Below the pieces are notes generated by a model that did no database searches, was not told where the DNA came from, and was given only the letters and a program-made list of their open reading frames with translations. Positions 47,367-59,205 of a stretch of DNA of 64,000 nucleotides are shown one piece after another; position 1 is the first letter of the stretch, and each line of letters starts with the position of its first letter. A program made the translations under genes and the position numbers. Origin of the DNA: Escherichia coli 042 (GTDB taxonomy: Bacteria; Pseudomonadota; Gammaproteobacteria; Enterobacterales; Enterobacteriaceae); assembly GCF_000027125.1 (NCBI RefSeq), contig NC_017626.1; one strand, written 5' to 3'.

Positions 47367-48317
47367 TTAATCGTCTTCTTCGTCATCCAGTTCAACGGGT
47401 GTCTGATATTGGTCAGGTTTAATGACCAGCAGGTCGCAGCGAAGATGATCAATCACCTGTTCCGCCGTGTTGCCGAGGAATGCTGCTGAAATACCGGTGC
47501 GTCCGACCGTGCCCAGAACCACAATCCCCGCCTGTAAATGCTCCGCCAAATCAGGAATCACCTCTTCTGGCAGACCTTTTTCTACGTGCGTCATGTTTTC
47601 ATTAATGCCGAATTTCTGCCGCAGGGCTTTCATTGCCAGCAAATGTTGCCCACGAATGGCATCGTTATAAACGCTCGGATCAAATTCCGGCAGTTCAATC
47701 GCGATATTAATTGGCGTTACCGGATAAGCGCCAACCAGATGAACTTCGGTATGGTTGACTTGTTCCGCCAGTTCGATCGTCTCTTTGACCAGTTTTTCAT
47801 TGAGCGCATTATGGTACGGCTCTTCACTGGCGAGATTCACCGCCACCAGCGCCTTACCCCCTTCCGGCCACGGCTGGTCTTTCACCATCCACACCGGGCT
47901 TGGGCATTTGCGTAACAGATGCCAGTCCGTTGGCGTAAAAATCACCGCTTCCAGACGGTCATGTTGGTGCGCCATTTTTAGCACCAAATCGTGCCCGCCG
48001 CTGATCACTTCCTGAATGATGGCTTCGAAAGGACGGTTATGCCAGACCACTTTAATTTCAATGGGAACGCCAGCATTGAGATAATATTTTGCCTGCTCGT
48101 GGATCCAGGCTGTACGCTGGCTGATGACGCCCTGACGCATAGCGGTACGTTCGTCCGGAGAGAGCAGGGTGGTCATTTCGTATGAGAAGTCATAGATCGG
48201 CAAAAAGGCTTTAATTTTGCCACCAATCCGTTGATGTAAATAAACAGCTCGCCGCAATGCTGGTTGGTCGTCCTGGTTAGGATCGATAACAACGAGCATG
48301 TTCTGATACATAGCCAT
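47367..48317 (-). CDS. uspE: Universal stress protein E (tandem Usp domains)
   Basis: 316 aa from [18 protein letters not shown]... Confidence 0.92.
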   Translation of the reverse strand: MAMYQNMLVVIDPNQDDQPALRRAVYLHQRIGGKIKAFLPIYDFSYEMTTLLSPDERTAMRQGVISQRTAWIHEQAKYYLNAGVPIEIKVVWHNRPFEAIIQEVISGGHDLVLKMAHQHDRLEAVIFTPTDWHLLRKCPSPVWMVKDQPWPEGGKALVAVNLASEEPYHNALNEKLVKETIELAEQVNHTEVHLVGAYPVTPINIAIELPEFDPSVYNDAIRGQHLLAMKALRQKFGINENMTHVEKGLPEEVIPDLAEHLQAGIVVLGTVGRTGISAAFLGNTAEQVIDHLRCDLLVIKPDQYQTPVELDDEEDD

Positions 48318-48468
48318 ACAGGGTCTCCTTACAACAACTGTCAACGCAGTTTGTAATTAAAAGATTAACCCATATCTGGTGAATGAAACAGTGATGAACC
48401 TTCTGTCAGATCAATAAATCAGAAAAATTTAATGATATGACAGAAGGATAGTGAGTTATGCGGAAAAA

Positions 48469-49221
48469 TCAGGCAACGTTACGCGTATGACCAGCAAGCT
48501 GGGCCAGCGCATCGTTATTTTCGATGGTGATGTATTTACCTTTGACTGCCAGCATACCGCTTTTCTGGAAGCGACCCAGCAGACGGCTGATGGTTTCTAC
48601 CGTCAGGCCCAGATAGTTACCGATATCGCCACGAGTCATCGTCAGGCGGAATTCACGAGGGGAGAAGCCGCGTTGGGCAAAACGACGGGACAGGTTGTAG
48701 ATGAATGCAGCCAGACGTTCCTCGGCATTTTTCTTCGACAACAGCAGGATCATGTCCTGATCGCCTTTGATTTCACCGCTCATCAGACGCATCATCTGCT
48801 GACGCAGATTCGGCATTTTACCAGACAAATCGTCCAGCGTTTCGAACGGGATTTCACATACCATCGAGGTTTCCAGCGCCTGCGCGAAGCTCGGGTGATG
48901 ACCGCTGCCGATAGCGTCAAATCCCACCAGGTCGCCTGCTAAATGGAAACCAGTGATTTGCTCGTCGCCTTGCTCAGTGATGGTATAACTTTTAATCGTA
49001 CCGGAGCGGATGGCATAAAGCGATTTAAGTTCATCTCCAGCCTTAAACAGCGTCTGGCCTTTCTGAATAGGCTTCTTCCGCTCAATGATATTATCAAGCT
49101 GATCAAGCTCATGTTCGTTGAGTGTGAACGGGATGCAAAGCTGGCTGATGCTGCAATCCTGGCAATGGATAGCACAACCGCCAGACTGAATGCGCCGTAT
49201 AATTCGCTTTTCCGGGATCAT
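48469..49221 (-). CDS. fnr: Anaerobic global regulator FNR (CRP/FNR family)
   Basis: 250 aa from [29 protein letters not shown]; N-terminal Fe-S cysteine cluster and C-terminal HTH. Confidence 0.96.
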
Positions 49222-49240
49222 AGGTCTGCTCAAGCCGTAA

Positions 49241-49254
49241 TTGATATTTGTCAA
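49241..49254. promoter_or_regulatory. FNR box at the fnr promoter (autoregulation)
   Basis: TTGATatttGTCAA, matching TTGAT-N4-ATCAA, about 20 bp upstream of the fnr start codon. Confidence 0.55.
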
Positions 49255-49415
49255 TTTTAACATCTTTTTAGGGAGCAAGTAAGTCTAAGCAAACCTTAAC
49301 AGCAGAGAATTCCGATATTAGATGTAAATATATGTCTATCTATTTGAAAACCCTTAAGTTGTTAAGGGTAACTTTACATAAAAGTGTGAACAAGCTGGCA
49401 CAAATTGTTTAATGT

Positions 49416-49931
49416 TTACAGCAAAAGATAACCTTCGTGGCGTAATAACCACTCTTTTCGCTGAACTCCGCCTGCATATCCGGTCATGGTACCGTTTCTG
49501 CCAATGACCCGATGACAAGGCACAACAATGCTGATGGGATTCGATCCGTTTGCCGCACCAACGGCACGCGCCGCACCAGGGCGGCCCAATTGTTCAGCCA
49601 GTTGGCCGTAATGCATTACCTGCCCGCAGGGGATTGTGCGTAATGTTTTCCAGACTTCGCGCTGAAATGGCGTCCCCCCCGTGGCAGTGGGAAGCGTATC
49701 AATAATGCTAAGATTACCGGCAAAATATTCACGAAGCTTGTCGCTTAAACCACCTGGGTTGGTGGCAGAAATGCGTTCATAGCCTTCTTTGCGGTAATGG
49801 ATGTCCAGCAGCTGCACCATGCGTTCGCTGTACTCTTCCCATTCAACCGCCCGCAGGCGAAATTGCTCATCGCAAATCACCCACAGTGGACCCAGTGGCG
49901 TGACAATTTTTTCTTCAAGTAATCTCAGCAT
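49416..49931 (-). CDS. ogt: O6-methylguanine-DNA methyltransferase
   Basis: 171 aa; active-site PCHRV motif. Confidence 0.93.
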   Translation of the reverse strand: MLRLLEEKIVTPLGPLWVICDEQFRLRAVEWEEYSERMVQLLDIHYRKEGYERISATNPGGLSDKLREYFAGNLSIIDTLPTATGGTPFQREVWKTLRTIPCGQVMHYGQLAEQLGRPGAARAVGAANGSNPISIVVPCHRVIGRNGTMTGYAGGVQRKEWLLRHEGYLLL

Positions 49932-49941
49932 CCGTTCTCTC

Positions 49942-51468
49942 TTAAGACAAACGTGGGTAAATCCCCGGACCTATCGGCAGACCGACAAGATACCACGCCA
50001 GCAACATCAGCAGCCATACCACCAAAAAGATAAGTGGATAGGGCAAAACTAACGAATAGTAAGTACCCAGTTTCGCGTCTGGTTTGTAACGTTGCAGGAA
50101 TCCAAGAAACAGTGGAACAAAAGGAGATACCGGCGCTAAAGGCAATACGGATGAGTCGGCAATACGAAAGAGGATTTGCGCAAATGCCGGGTGAAAGCCA
50201 AGTAGCATAAACATCGGTACGAAAATGGGGGCCAGAATCGACCAGATTGCGGAACCGCTGGCGATAAACATGCATAAGAAAGAGGAAAGCAACGCCAGAC
50301 CGACAAACGCCGGGATGCCGCTAAGCCCTGAACTTTCCAGTATATCGGTCAGCCCCACGGCGATGAATTTCCCCATGTTGCTCCAGTTAAACATGGCGAC
50401 AAACTGGGCGAGGGGAAAAACCATCACGATAAATCCCGCCATCTCTTTCATCGGTTCAATCATTAAATGCGGTAAATCCGCCTGACGTCGAATTGTGCGG
50501 GTAGCGATGCCATAAGCCAGCGAGACCACAAAGAAAAAAAGAATGATCAGTGGCACGATACCTTTAATAAAGGGGGATGGCATCACGGTGTGATTAATCG
50601 GATCGCGCAATATCCCGTTTTCCGGGATCACCATCAGCGCAATCGCAGCAATAAAAAGTAGCGATACGACACCTGCTATGCGTAAACCAAAACGCTGACT
50701 TTCGGTTAATGTCTGCAGTTTCTCATCGCTGTTTCCCTGCCATTGACCTAAACGTGGCTCAATGATTTTGTCGGTTATCAGGCCGCCAACAATCGTCAGT
50801 ACGACTACGGAGCTGGCCATAAAATACCAGTTATCAATTACACTGACGTGCATTTGCGGATTGAACGCAGCCGCAGCCTCCGTGCTGATCCCCGACAGCA
50901 ACACGTCGGTTGTGACAATCAGTAAATTAGCCGTAAAGCCGCAACCTACGCCTGCAATGGCGGCCAGTAAACCTGCAACTGGATGCCTGCCCACCGCCAG
51001 AAAAATCAGCGCACCCATCGGTGGCATGATCACTAACGCCGCATCGGAAGAAATGTGGCTAAAAAAAGCAATAAACAGCACCATATAACTGGCGTAGCGG
51101 GCATTCACATGCGATGCCATTTTAACCATCAACGCTGGCAGTAAGCCGACGCGCTCCGCCAGACCGGCACCTAAAACCAGCGCCAGGATCGCTCCAAGTG
51201 GAGCAAAACCGCTAAAGTTTTTAATAACATTGGGTAAAAACCAGTGTAATACTTCCACACTGAGCAGGTTTTTCACGACCACCGGCGTACCATCGGTCGG
51301 GTTTTTCGCACTGACGCCAAAGGCCGACAAAATTGCTGTCGTCACCATGAGTACGATAATCAAATAGATAAAGAGCAAAAAAGGATGGGGCACCTTGTTA
51401 CCAATTCTTTCGACCCAGCCATAGAGCTTCCCGGATTGGGAGGACGACGGTATGGATGACATACTCAT
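49942..51468 (-). CDS. abgT: p-Aminobenzoyl-glutamate transporter (AbgT family)
   Basis: 508-aa polytopic membrane protein. Confidence 0.9.
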   Translation of the reverse strand: MSMSSIPSSSQSGKLYGWVERIGNKVPHPFLLFIYLIIVLMVTTAILSAFGVSAKNPTDGTPVVVKNLLSVEVLHWFLPNVIKNFSGFAPLGAILALVLGAGLAERVGLLPALMVKMASHVNARYASYMVLFIAFFSHISSDAALVIMPPMGALIFLAVGRHPVAGLLAAIAGVGCGFTANLLIVTTDVLLSGISTEAAAAFNPQMHVSVIDNWYFMASSVVVLTIVGGLITDKIIEPRLGQWQGNSDEKLQTLTESQRFGLRIAGVVSLLFIAAIALMVIPENGILRDPINHTVMPSPFIKGIVPLIILFFFVVSLAYGIATRTIRRQADLPHLMIEPMKEMAGFIVMVFPLAQFVAMFNWSNMGKFIAVGLTDILESSGLSGIPAFVGLALLSSFLCMFIASGSAIWSILAPIFVPMFMLLGFHPAFAQILFRIADSSVLPLAPVSPFVPLFLGFLQRYKPDAKLGTYYSLVLPYPLIFLVVWLLMLLAWYLVGLPIGPGIYPRLS

Positions 51469-51504
51469 GGGCATTCCTCGTTTGTTGTGTTTGCGTTGTT
51501 GTTG

Positions 51505-52950
51505 TTATTTTAAAGGTGACGGTGTCACGTTTTTCGGGATAGGGCAGTGATACGGTTGCGTGTCCGTAACTTGCTGATGCTCTTGTTGGCATTCTTGCAA
51601 TAGCCCTGAATCAATGAAGAGATTAAGTGTGGTTGCTGCTATAGTTTTCGCCGCCAGCAGCATTCCTTTATGAGCAATAGATGTTCGCCCCTGGCTAACC
51701 AGTTGCCATGTATGTAGCGGGGTACCGACGGCAAAACAGGGACTGAAACACTGGGCAACAGGCAGTTTCCAACTGACGTCGCCGACATCAGTTGATGCCG
51801 CAAGCACGTTATCGGTGGCGGCATATGGAGCGACTTCATTCGCCAGTACCGTTTCACGATGACGTAGTGCAAAAGCCTTGCCGTTTTCGCCACCGGTTGC
51901 AGCGATATTATTCAGACTGTTTTGACGATCGTTGAGGGTGAGCGTAGCCTGAATTTGTTTCGCAAAAGCCAGTTCTTCGCAGTTCCATTCCGGGGTACCA
52001 AAATGGGATAGGGCTCGGTACATGGCATTTTCTAAGGTGCGATTCGGGAGATAACTGGAACAGGCTTTGTCGAAGCGGCATTCAACCGTGGTTTCGGTCA
52101 TCAATGCCGCACCTTCGGCGATTTTGGCGACCCGATCATAAATTTGCTGCACATCGGTCATTTCGGGGGCGCGGATAAGATAAAGCACTTCTGCCTGCGC
52201 CTGGACCACGTTGGGCGAGATCCCGCCGCTATCTGTGATGGCATAGTGTACGCGCGCTTTTTCAATAATATGTTCGTTGAGGAAGTTGGTGCCAGTGGTC
52301 ATCAACGTTACGGCATCAAGGGCGCTGCGTCCCAAATGAGGGGAATTCGCGGCATGTGCTGCGATCCCTTTAAAGCACCATGATGCCTGAATGTTTGCCA
52401 GCGTGCGGGTATTGAACATACCGGCAAAGGCTTCCGGGTGCCAGGTGAGTGCCGCATCCACATCATCAAATACCCCCTCGCGGACCATGAACGTTTTACC
52501 CGAGCCGCCTTCTTCGCCAGGACAACCATAAAAGCGCACCGTGCCGCATTGCCCATATTGTTCCAGCCATTTCTTGACGGCTATTGCTGCGGCAAAGGCG
52601 GCGGTTCCCAGCAAATTGTGTCCGCAACCGTGACCATTTTCACCGGGCGTCGCGGATGTAGGTTGCGCGCAACCTGCTTGCTGACTTAAACCTGCCAGGG
52701 CGTCATATTCCCCCAGCAGGGCGATAACCGGTTTGCCTTGACCAAACGAAGCAATAAAGGCATTTGGGATATTGCCTACGTTGCGGGTAACGGTGAAGCC
52801 TGCAGACTCCAGCGCCGAAGCCAGATGCTCCGCTGACCAGAACTCTTCAAAACGTGTTTCTGGATGATCCCAGATTTGATCGGCAATATCGGTATAACGT
52901 TGGCGATCGGCTTCAATCGCATCGTCGATAAAACGATAGATTTCCTGCAT
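51505..52950 (-). CDS. abgB: p-Aminobenzoyl-glutamate hydrolase subunit B (M20 peptidase)
   Basis: 481 aa; M20 metal-ligand motifs. Confidence 0.9.
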   Translation of the reverse strand: MQEIYRFIDDAIEADRQRYTDIADQIWDHPETRFEEFWSAEHLASALESAGFTVTRNVGNIPNAFIASFGQGKPVIALLGEYDALAGLSQQAGCAQPTSATPGENGHGCGHNLLGTAAFAAAIAVKKWLEQYGQCGTVRFYGCPGEEGGSGKTFMVREGVFDDVDAALTWHPEAFAGMFNTRTLANIQASWCFKGIAAHAANSPHLGRSALDAVTLMTTGTNFLNEHIIEKARVHYAITDSGGISPNVVQAQAEVLYLIRAPEMTDVQQIYDRVAKIAEGAALMTETTVECRFDKACSSYLPNRTLENAMYRALSHFGTPEWNCEELAFAKQIQATLTLNDRQNSLNNIAATGGENGKAFALRHRETVLANEVAPYAATDNVLAASTDVGDVSWKLPVAQCFSPCFAVGTPLHTWQLVSQGRTSIAHKGMLLAAKTIAATTLNLFIDSGLLQECQQEHQQVTDTQPYHCPIPKNVTPSPLK

Positions 52951-54260
52951 CAGATACCTCGCGTCCAGGGAAAATTGAGCGCGGTGCGCGCCAGCGTTTC
53001 GACGGCAATAGCGAGAACCTGCTCGTCAAAATCGAATTTTTCGTTGTGATGACCTGCCGCCAGCTGTGTGCCAAACACCATATAGGAGGCTTGCCCTTGA
53101 TGTTGCTGCACGCGGGCCATCATTAATGTGGCATCTTCGGAACCCGCAGGCGCTTCAACACGTTCAATGGCTTGATTGACCCCCGGGACCTGAGCTGCCT
53201 GACTTTGCAACCATGCGACCCATTGCGGCGAAGGAGAACTGGCGGTAGCTGCACCCATCAGACGAGTTTCAACGCCGACACCATACATGGTTGCTGCGCC
53301 CTGAATCGCTTGTTGTGCACGTTCAAAAACATATTGATTAATGACGTCGCTGGCCCCGCGTGTTTCCACTTTCAGCAACGCTGAGGCGGGAACAACATTA
53401 CGACCGCTTCCTGCCTGCATAACGCCCACGTTTACTCTGGAAGCGCCTTCGCTGTGCGGGGCGATTGCATGCAGTGCAAGAGTTGCTTGTGCTGCCGCCA
53501 ACAAGGCATTGTGACCGTCTTCTGGTTTTGCGCCTGCGTGAGCGGCGGTCCCGGTGAAGTGCGCGTCAAATTTGGTGGTTGCCATAAAATTATCACTGCC
53601 GCACACCACGGTGCCCGCAGGTACGCCAGTGCCAATGTGCACGGCAGTAAAATAATCAACATCATCCACTACACCTGCATCGACCATCGCCCGCGCGCCA
53701 CGCGTACCTTCTTCTGCAGGTTGAAAAATCAGTTTGATGACGCCATGTAGTCCGGACTCGAACTGTTTAAGGGTATGCGCCAGCCCAAGTCCAATGGCGG
53801 TATGTCCATCATGACCACAGGCATGCATCATTCCGGCGTTACATGACGCAAAACCGTCGCGGTAGGGGCGATGGCTGACATCCCGTTCTTCACTGAGATC
53901 CAGCGCGTCCATATCGACACGGAAAGCCATCACCGGACCGGGGCGACCGGTATCCAGGGTAGCGACGATGCCAGTGAAACCGCCTTCAAAAGCCGCAATC
54001 CATTGTTCTAGCGCACCCTGTTGACGAGCGCGCTCGAATTCGCGTTGTAGAGTGAATTCATCAGGTAATCCCATCCGGCTACTTTCATTAACTACTTCGC
54101 GGCCCAGCGCCAGTGAATAACCGAGCTGGTGCAATTCTTCCGCAACAAGGGTGGCAGTGCGGAATTCCACCCAGCCAGACTCTGCATAGTGGTGAAAATC
54201 ACGTCGCCAGTGCGATAATTTTGGGGCAAGCGAATTAATAAATTGATTCAAAGACTCCAT
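52950..54260 (-). CDS. abgA: p-Aminobenzoyl-glutamate hydrolase subunit A (M20 peptidase)
   Basis: 436 aa from MESLNQFINSL...; upstream of and coupled to abgB. Confidence 0.9.
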   Translation of the reverse strand: MESLNQFINSLAPKLSHWRRDFHHYAESGWVEFRTATLVAEELHQLGYSLALGREVVNESSRMGLPDEFTLQREFERARQQGALEQWIAAFEGGFTGIVATLDTGRPGPVMAFRVDMDALDLSEERDVSHRPYRDGFASCNAGMMHACGHDGHTAIGLGLAHTLKQFESGLHGVIKLIFQPAEEGTRGARAMVDAGVVDDVDYFTAVHIGTGVPAGTVVCGSDNFMATTKFDAHFTGTAAHAGAKPEDGHNALLAAAQATLALHAIAPHSEGASRVNVGVMQAGSGRNVVPASALLKVETRGASDVINQYVFERAQQAIQGAATMYGVGVETRLMGAATASSPSPQWVAWLQSQAAQVPGVNQAIERVEAPAGSEDATLMMARVQQHQGQASYMVFGTQLAAGHHNEKFDFDEQVLAIAVETLARTALNFPWTRGI

Positions 54261-54435
54261 AACCTTTCCCGTCATCAGTAAAAAGTGTGACCCGGTTCAC
54301 GTAGCGATAGTTTTTACTTATCACTAACTGATTTTTCACAGTTTTAACCGTTCATAAATTACCCTGACACAATCATCTGCATTAAAGTAGATGCCAGTTT
54401 CTTTGGTCTGATAAATAACGGTTATCGGTGGCGTC

Positions 54436-55344
54436 ATGGCTTTTCAGGTAAAAATTCATCAAATTCGGGCTTTTGTTGAAGTGGCTCGTCAGGGCAGCAT
54501 TCGCGGAGCGAGCCGAATGTTGAATATGTCGCAACCGGCACTGAGTAAATCTATTCAGGAGCTGGAAGAAGGGTTGGCGGCACAACTCTTTTTTCGCCGT
54601 AGTAAAGGCGTGACGTTAACTGATGCCGGTGAAAGTTTTTATCAGCACGCCAGTCTTATTCTTGAAGAGCTGCGCGCAGCGCAAGAGGATATTCGCCAAC
54701 GACAAGGGCAACTGGCAGGGCAAATTAATATCGGCATGGGGGCCAGTATTTCCCGCAGTCTGATGCCAGCTGTCATATCTCGTTTTCATCAGCAGCATCC
54801 GCAGGTAAAAGTACGCATTATGGAAGGGCAACTGGTATCGATGATTAATGAATTGCGCCAGGGGGAACTGGATTTCACCATCAATACCTATTATCAGGGA
54901 CCCTACGACCACGAATTTACTTTTGAGAAATTACTGGAAAAGCAATTCGCGATCTTTTGCCGCCCGGGACATCCCGCCATTGGTGCCCGTTCGATCAAAC
55001 AGTTACTGGACTACAGCTGGACAATGCCGACGCCACACGGCAGCTACTACAAACACTTGAGTGAATTGCTTGACGATCAGGCGCAAACGCCACAGGTCGG
55101 CGTAGTCTGCGAGACGTTCTCAGCCTGTATCAGTCTGGTGGCAAAAAGCGATTTTCTCAGCATACTACCTGAAGAAATGGGCTGCGATCCCTTGCACGGA
55201 CAGGGGCTGGTGATGTTGCCGGTTAGCGAAATTTTACCGAAAGCGACCTATTATTTGATTCAGCGGCGTGATAGTCGCCAGACACCACTGACCGCGTCAT
55301 TAATCACGCAATTTCGGCGAGAATGCGGCTATCTGCAAAGTTAA
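54436..55344 (+). CDS. abgR: LysR-type regulator AbgR
   Basis: 302 aa; LysR HTH; divergent from abgA. Confidence 0.9.
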   Translation: MAFQVKIHQIRAFVEVARQGSIRGASRMLNMSQPALSKSIQELEEGLAAQLFFRRSKGVTLTDAGESFYQHASLILEELRAAQEDIRQRQGQLAGQINIGMGASISRSLMPAVISRFHQQHPQVKVRIMEGQLVSMINELRQGELDFTINTYYQGPYDHEFTFEKLLEKQFAIFCRPGHPAIGARSIKQLLDYSWTMPTPHGSYYKHLSELLDDQAQTPQVGVVCETFSACISLVAKSDFLSILPEEMGCDPLHGQGLVMLPVSEILPKATYYLIQRRDSRQTPLTASLITQFRRECGYLQS

Positions 55345-55673
55345 AACTGCATAAAAAAATAGAGTCTGTCGACATCCGCCAGACTCTACAGTACACACAG
55401 CAGTGCATCCGCGTCTTAAATCCGGCATGGTCTCCTCTGCGCCGGTGACTGTGTTATAACGGTTTTAACCTTTAGTTGCCAATTTTCTTCAGTGACAGAT
55501 TTCACGAAAATATAAGTTACATTATTAATATCGTGAATGAATAATCATGCATAAGCATTTTGCTTAAAATATCGGCAATATTTGGAACTTATTACTGGAA
55601 ATTTGGGTAATACGTTGTTGGACCGACCCGGTCTGGTTATCATATCGCGCTCTTAATTGCGGGAGGATGTAAC

Positions 55674-56237
55674 ATGAACCTTGACGACAAATCGCTGTTT
55701 CTTGACGCCATGGAAGATGTCCAGCCGCTGAAACGTGCTACAGATGTCCACTGGCATCCAACGCGTAACCAACGTGCGCCGCAGCGTATCGACACGCTGC
55801 AACTTGATAATTTCCTCACCACTGGATTTCTCGACATCATCCCGCTAAGTCAGCCGCTGGAGTTTCGGCGGGAAGGGTTGCAACATGGGGTGCTGGATAA
55901 GCTGCGCAGTGGTAAATATCCGCAACAGGCGAGCCTGAATCTTTTGCGCCAGCCGGTGGAAGAGTGCCGCAAAATGATGTTCAGTTTCATTCAACAAGCC
56001 ATGGCGGATGGTTTGCGTAATGTGCTGATTATTCATGGTAAAGGGCGGGAAGATAAATCGCATGCCAATATTGTCCGCAGCTATGTGGCGCGCTGGCTGA
56101 CCGAATTTGATGATGTTCAGGCATATTGCACCGCGCTACCGCATCATGGCGGCAGCGGGGCGTGTTACGTCGCACTACGTAAAACGGCGCAGGCGAAGCA
56201 AGAAAACTGGGAGCGCCACGCTAAGCGCAGTCGTTGA
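55674..56237 (+). CDS. smrA: Smr-domain DNA endonuclease SmrA (YdaL)
   Basis: 187 aa with C-terminal Smr domain (LIIHGKG). Confidence 0.88.
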   Translation: MNLDDKSLFLDAMEDVQPLKRATDVHWHPTRNQRAPQRIDTLQLDNFLTTGFLDIIPLSQPLEFRREGLQHGVLDKLRSGKYPQQASLNLLRQPVEECRKMMFSFIQQAMADGLRNVLIIHGKGREDKSHANIVRSYVARWLTEFDDVQAYCTALPHHGGSGACYVALRKTAQAKQENWERHAKRSR

Positions 56238-56257
56238 TCTCGAGACGCATCCGCGGC

Positions 56258-57490
56258 TTATGCCGCCAGCACGCGGTTGCGTCCATCATTTTTCGCCCGA
56301 TACAAAGCATCATCAACGCGTTTAAACAGTTCATCGATGCTTTCATTTCCTTCGTGATGCGCCACACCAATGCTGACGGTAAAGCGTGGTAAGCCCGAAA
56401 TACTCACTTTTGCCACGCTTACGCGGATAGTTTCAGCCAGCGAAAGCGCGGTATCCAGTGGGGTTCTTGGTAGCAATAAGACAAACTCTTCGCCTCCCCA
56501 ACGAAACACCAAATCGCCTTTGCGAGCGCAACTTTCGAGGGGGCGGGCGAGGGCGCATAACACCTCATCACCTTTAGAATGCCCATAGAGATCGTTAATG
56601 TGTTTAAAACGATCGGTGTCGATGAGCAATAAGCTGTAATCCTGAGCGATGGCGAGGTGCTGCATTTGGCCTGGCTCGGTAATGTGGTAAAACTGTCGCC
56701 GATTCAGTAATCCGGTCATCGCGTCATGGTGGGCAGCATGTTCCAGCTGCTCCTCCAGCCGTTTTTGCTCAGTAATATCATGCACAATACATAACATGAG
56801 CTTGTCGCCATAAATTTCAATCGGCCCGGCATAGGTCTGCACATGACGAGTCGAACCATCCGCCAGTTTATGAACAAAATTCAAAGGCTTATGGCCACCG
56901 GGTAAATGCGAAATTTCATGCATGATAGGCATGACGCGTCGCCCGAGCATATTTATTTCCCAGGTATGTTTCTGGCACATCGTTTCATGGTTATAACCAT
57001 AGAAATTGAGCGCGGCGAGGTTAGCATCGACGATTTGTCCATCTCGTGACGGGTCAATCAACAACATTGGTGCAGAGTTAGTCAGAAAAAAGCGCGCATA
57101 AAAACCTTGTTTTTTGCGCTGATAATTTGCCGAGCGACTGGCTTTTAAACCCAGCGTTGCCGGTGCTTCGATACCTTCGAAAATAATCACCGGTTCTGCT
57201 TCTGTCAGCTTTCGCAAAACAAGCCGACAGCTCAATGCTGTTTCCTCTTCATTGCGCTGAACGGTGAGGATTTCGATAATATCGTGTTGGTTTTGCAGAT
57301 CGGAGAGGTATTTTGGCAGTTCTTTTTGTGAGGAGACGGAATAGGGACCGGTTCGTAGCTGACTAAACGTGAGGTCTTGCATCAACAGTCGCGCCGCGCT
57401 ATTGGCATAAATTAACTGTTCCTCAAAGGGCGAAACGATCCAGACAGGACTGGTGAGTAAGTCCAGGGTATTGAAGTTGTGCGTAATCAT
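56258..57490 (-). CDS. dgcM: Diguanylate cyclase DgcM (YdaM), PAS-PAS-GGDEF
   Basis: 410 aa from MITHNFNTLDLL...; GGEEF active-site motif (RWGGEEFVLL). Confidence 0.9.
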   Translation of the reverse strand: MITHNFNTLDLLTSPVWIVSPFEEQLIYANSAARLLMQDLTFSQLRTGPYSVSSQKELPKYLSDLQNQHDIIEILTVQRNEEETALSCRLVLRKLTEAEPVIIFEGIEAPATLGLKASRSANYQRKKQGFYARFFLTNSAPMLLIDPSRDGQIVDANLAALNFYGYNHETMCQKHTWEINMLGRRVMPIMHEISHLPGGHKPLNFVHKLADGSTRHVQTYAGPIEIYGDKLMLCIVHDITEQKRLEEQLEHAAHHDAMTGLLNRRQFYHITEPGQMQHLAIAQDYSLLLIDTDRFKHINDLYGHSKGDEVLCALARPLESCARKGDLVFRWGGEEFVLLLPRTPLDTALSLAETIRVSVAKVSISGLPRFTVSIGVAHHEGNESIDELFKRVDDALYRAKNDGRNRVLAA

Positions 57491-57723
57491 TGAGATCCCG
57501 TTATTTTTATCAATTTTTGTTGCTATCCGATCGCAAAAAAGCCACGTCATATGATCAGATAATTCTGATAATGATAGACGCTATTTAACACTTCACACGG
57601 TTTGTATACGGAAAAGCATTTTGCTTTTTGTATTCAATTTAGACAGAATTTTATTAATCATTTCAGGGTAATGGGGTGATGAGATGTTGCGTAACAGGGC
57701 CAGAAGGCTAGACTACAAAATAA

Positions 57724-58728
<1,005 letters not shown>

Positions 58729-58773
58729 CAAAAGCAATTTTCCCGGCTGTCTGTATACAAAAACGCCGCAAAG

Positions 58774-58787
58774 TTTGAGCGAAGTCA
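58774..58787. promoter_or_regulatory. FNR box driving fnrS
   Basis: TTGAGcgaaGTCAA about 40 bp upstream of the FnrS 5' end. Confidence 0.65.
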
Positions 58788-58823
58788 ATAAACTCTCTAC
58801 CCATTCAGGGCAATATCTCTCTT

Positions 58824-58950
58824 GCAGGTGAATGCAACGTCAAGCGATGGGCGTTGCGCTCCATATTGTCTTACTTCCTTTTTTGAATTACTGCATAGCA
58901 CAATTGATTCGTACGACGCCGACTTTGATGAGTCGGCTTTTTTTTGCCTG
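58824..58950 (+). ncRNA. fnrS: FNR-activated Hfq-dependent small RNA FnrS
   Basis: Sequence matches my recollection of FnrS (gcaggtgaatgcaacgtcaagcgatgggcgttgcgctccatattgtcttacttcc...) and ends in the terminator gacgccgactttgatgagtcggcttttttt; lies between zntB and dbpA. Confidence 0.85.
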
Positions 58951-59002
58951 TTATTTATCAGCGTCTACCCTTTAAGAGTCCACCCAATGACCGGAGGGAA
59001 AT

Positions 59003-59176
59003 ATGACGACACTTATTTATTTGCAAATTCCTGTCCCTGAACCGATTCCTGGCGATCCTGTTCCAGTGCCCGATCCGATCCCTCGCCCGCAACCCATGCC
59101 TGACCCACCACCCGACGAAGAACCGATTAAATTGTCGCATCGTGAGCGTAGATCTGCGAGGATACGCGCCTGCTAA
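59003..59176 (+). CDS. Short proline-rich ORF (57 aa), possible small protein
   Basis: ATG 7 bp after a GGAGGG Shine-Dalgarno; product MTTLIYLQIPVPEPIPGDPVPVPDPIPRPQPMPDPPPDEEPIKLSHRERRSARIRAC; too short to appear in the ORF track. Confidence 0.35.
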   Translation: MTTLIYLQIPVPEPIPGDPVPVPDPIPRPQPMPDPPPDEEPIKLSHRERRSARIRAC

Positions 59177-59205
59177 CTTTGCGTCGATGACCACGAGAAT
59201 AGATT

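Noticed and set aside
48400-48455. Long-range inverted repeat (ccttctgtca ... tgacagaagg) downstream of fnr
   Set aside because: The loop is about 30 nt and there is no adjacent U-run, so it is unlikely to be an intrinsic terminator. It may be a protein-binding site in the uspE promoter region, but the evidence is too weak to annotate.
58822-59040. 72-aa ORF overlapping FnrS
   Set aside because: The ORF spans the FnrS sRNA and its terminator and has no ribosome-binding site. FnrS is a non-coding Hfq-dependent sRNA.
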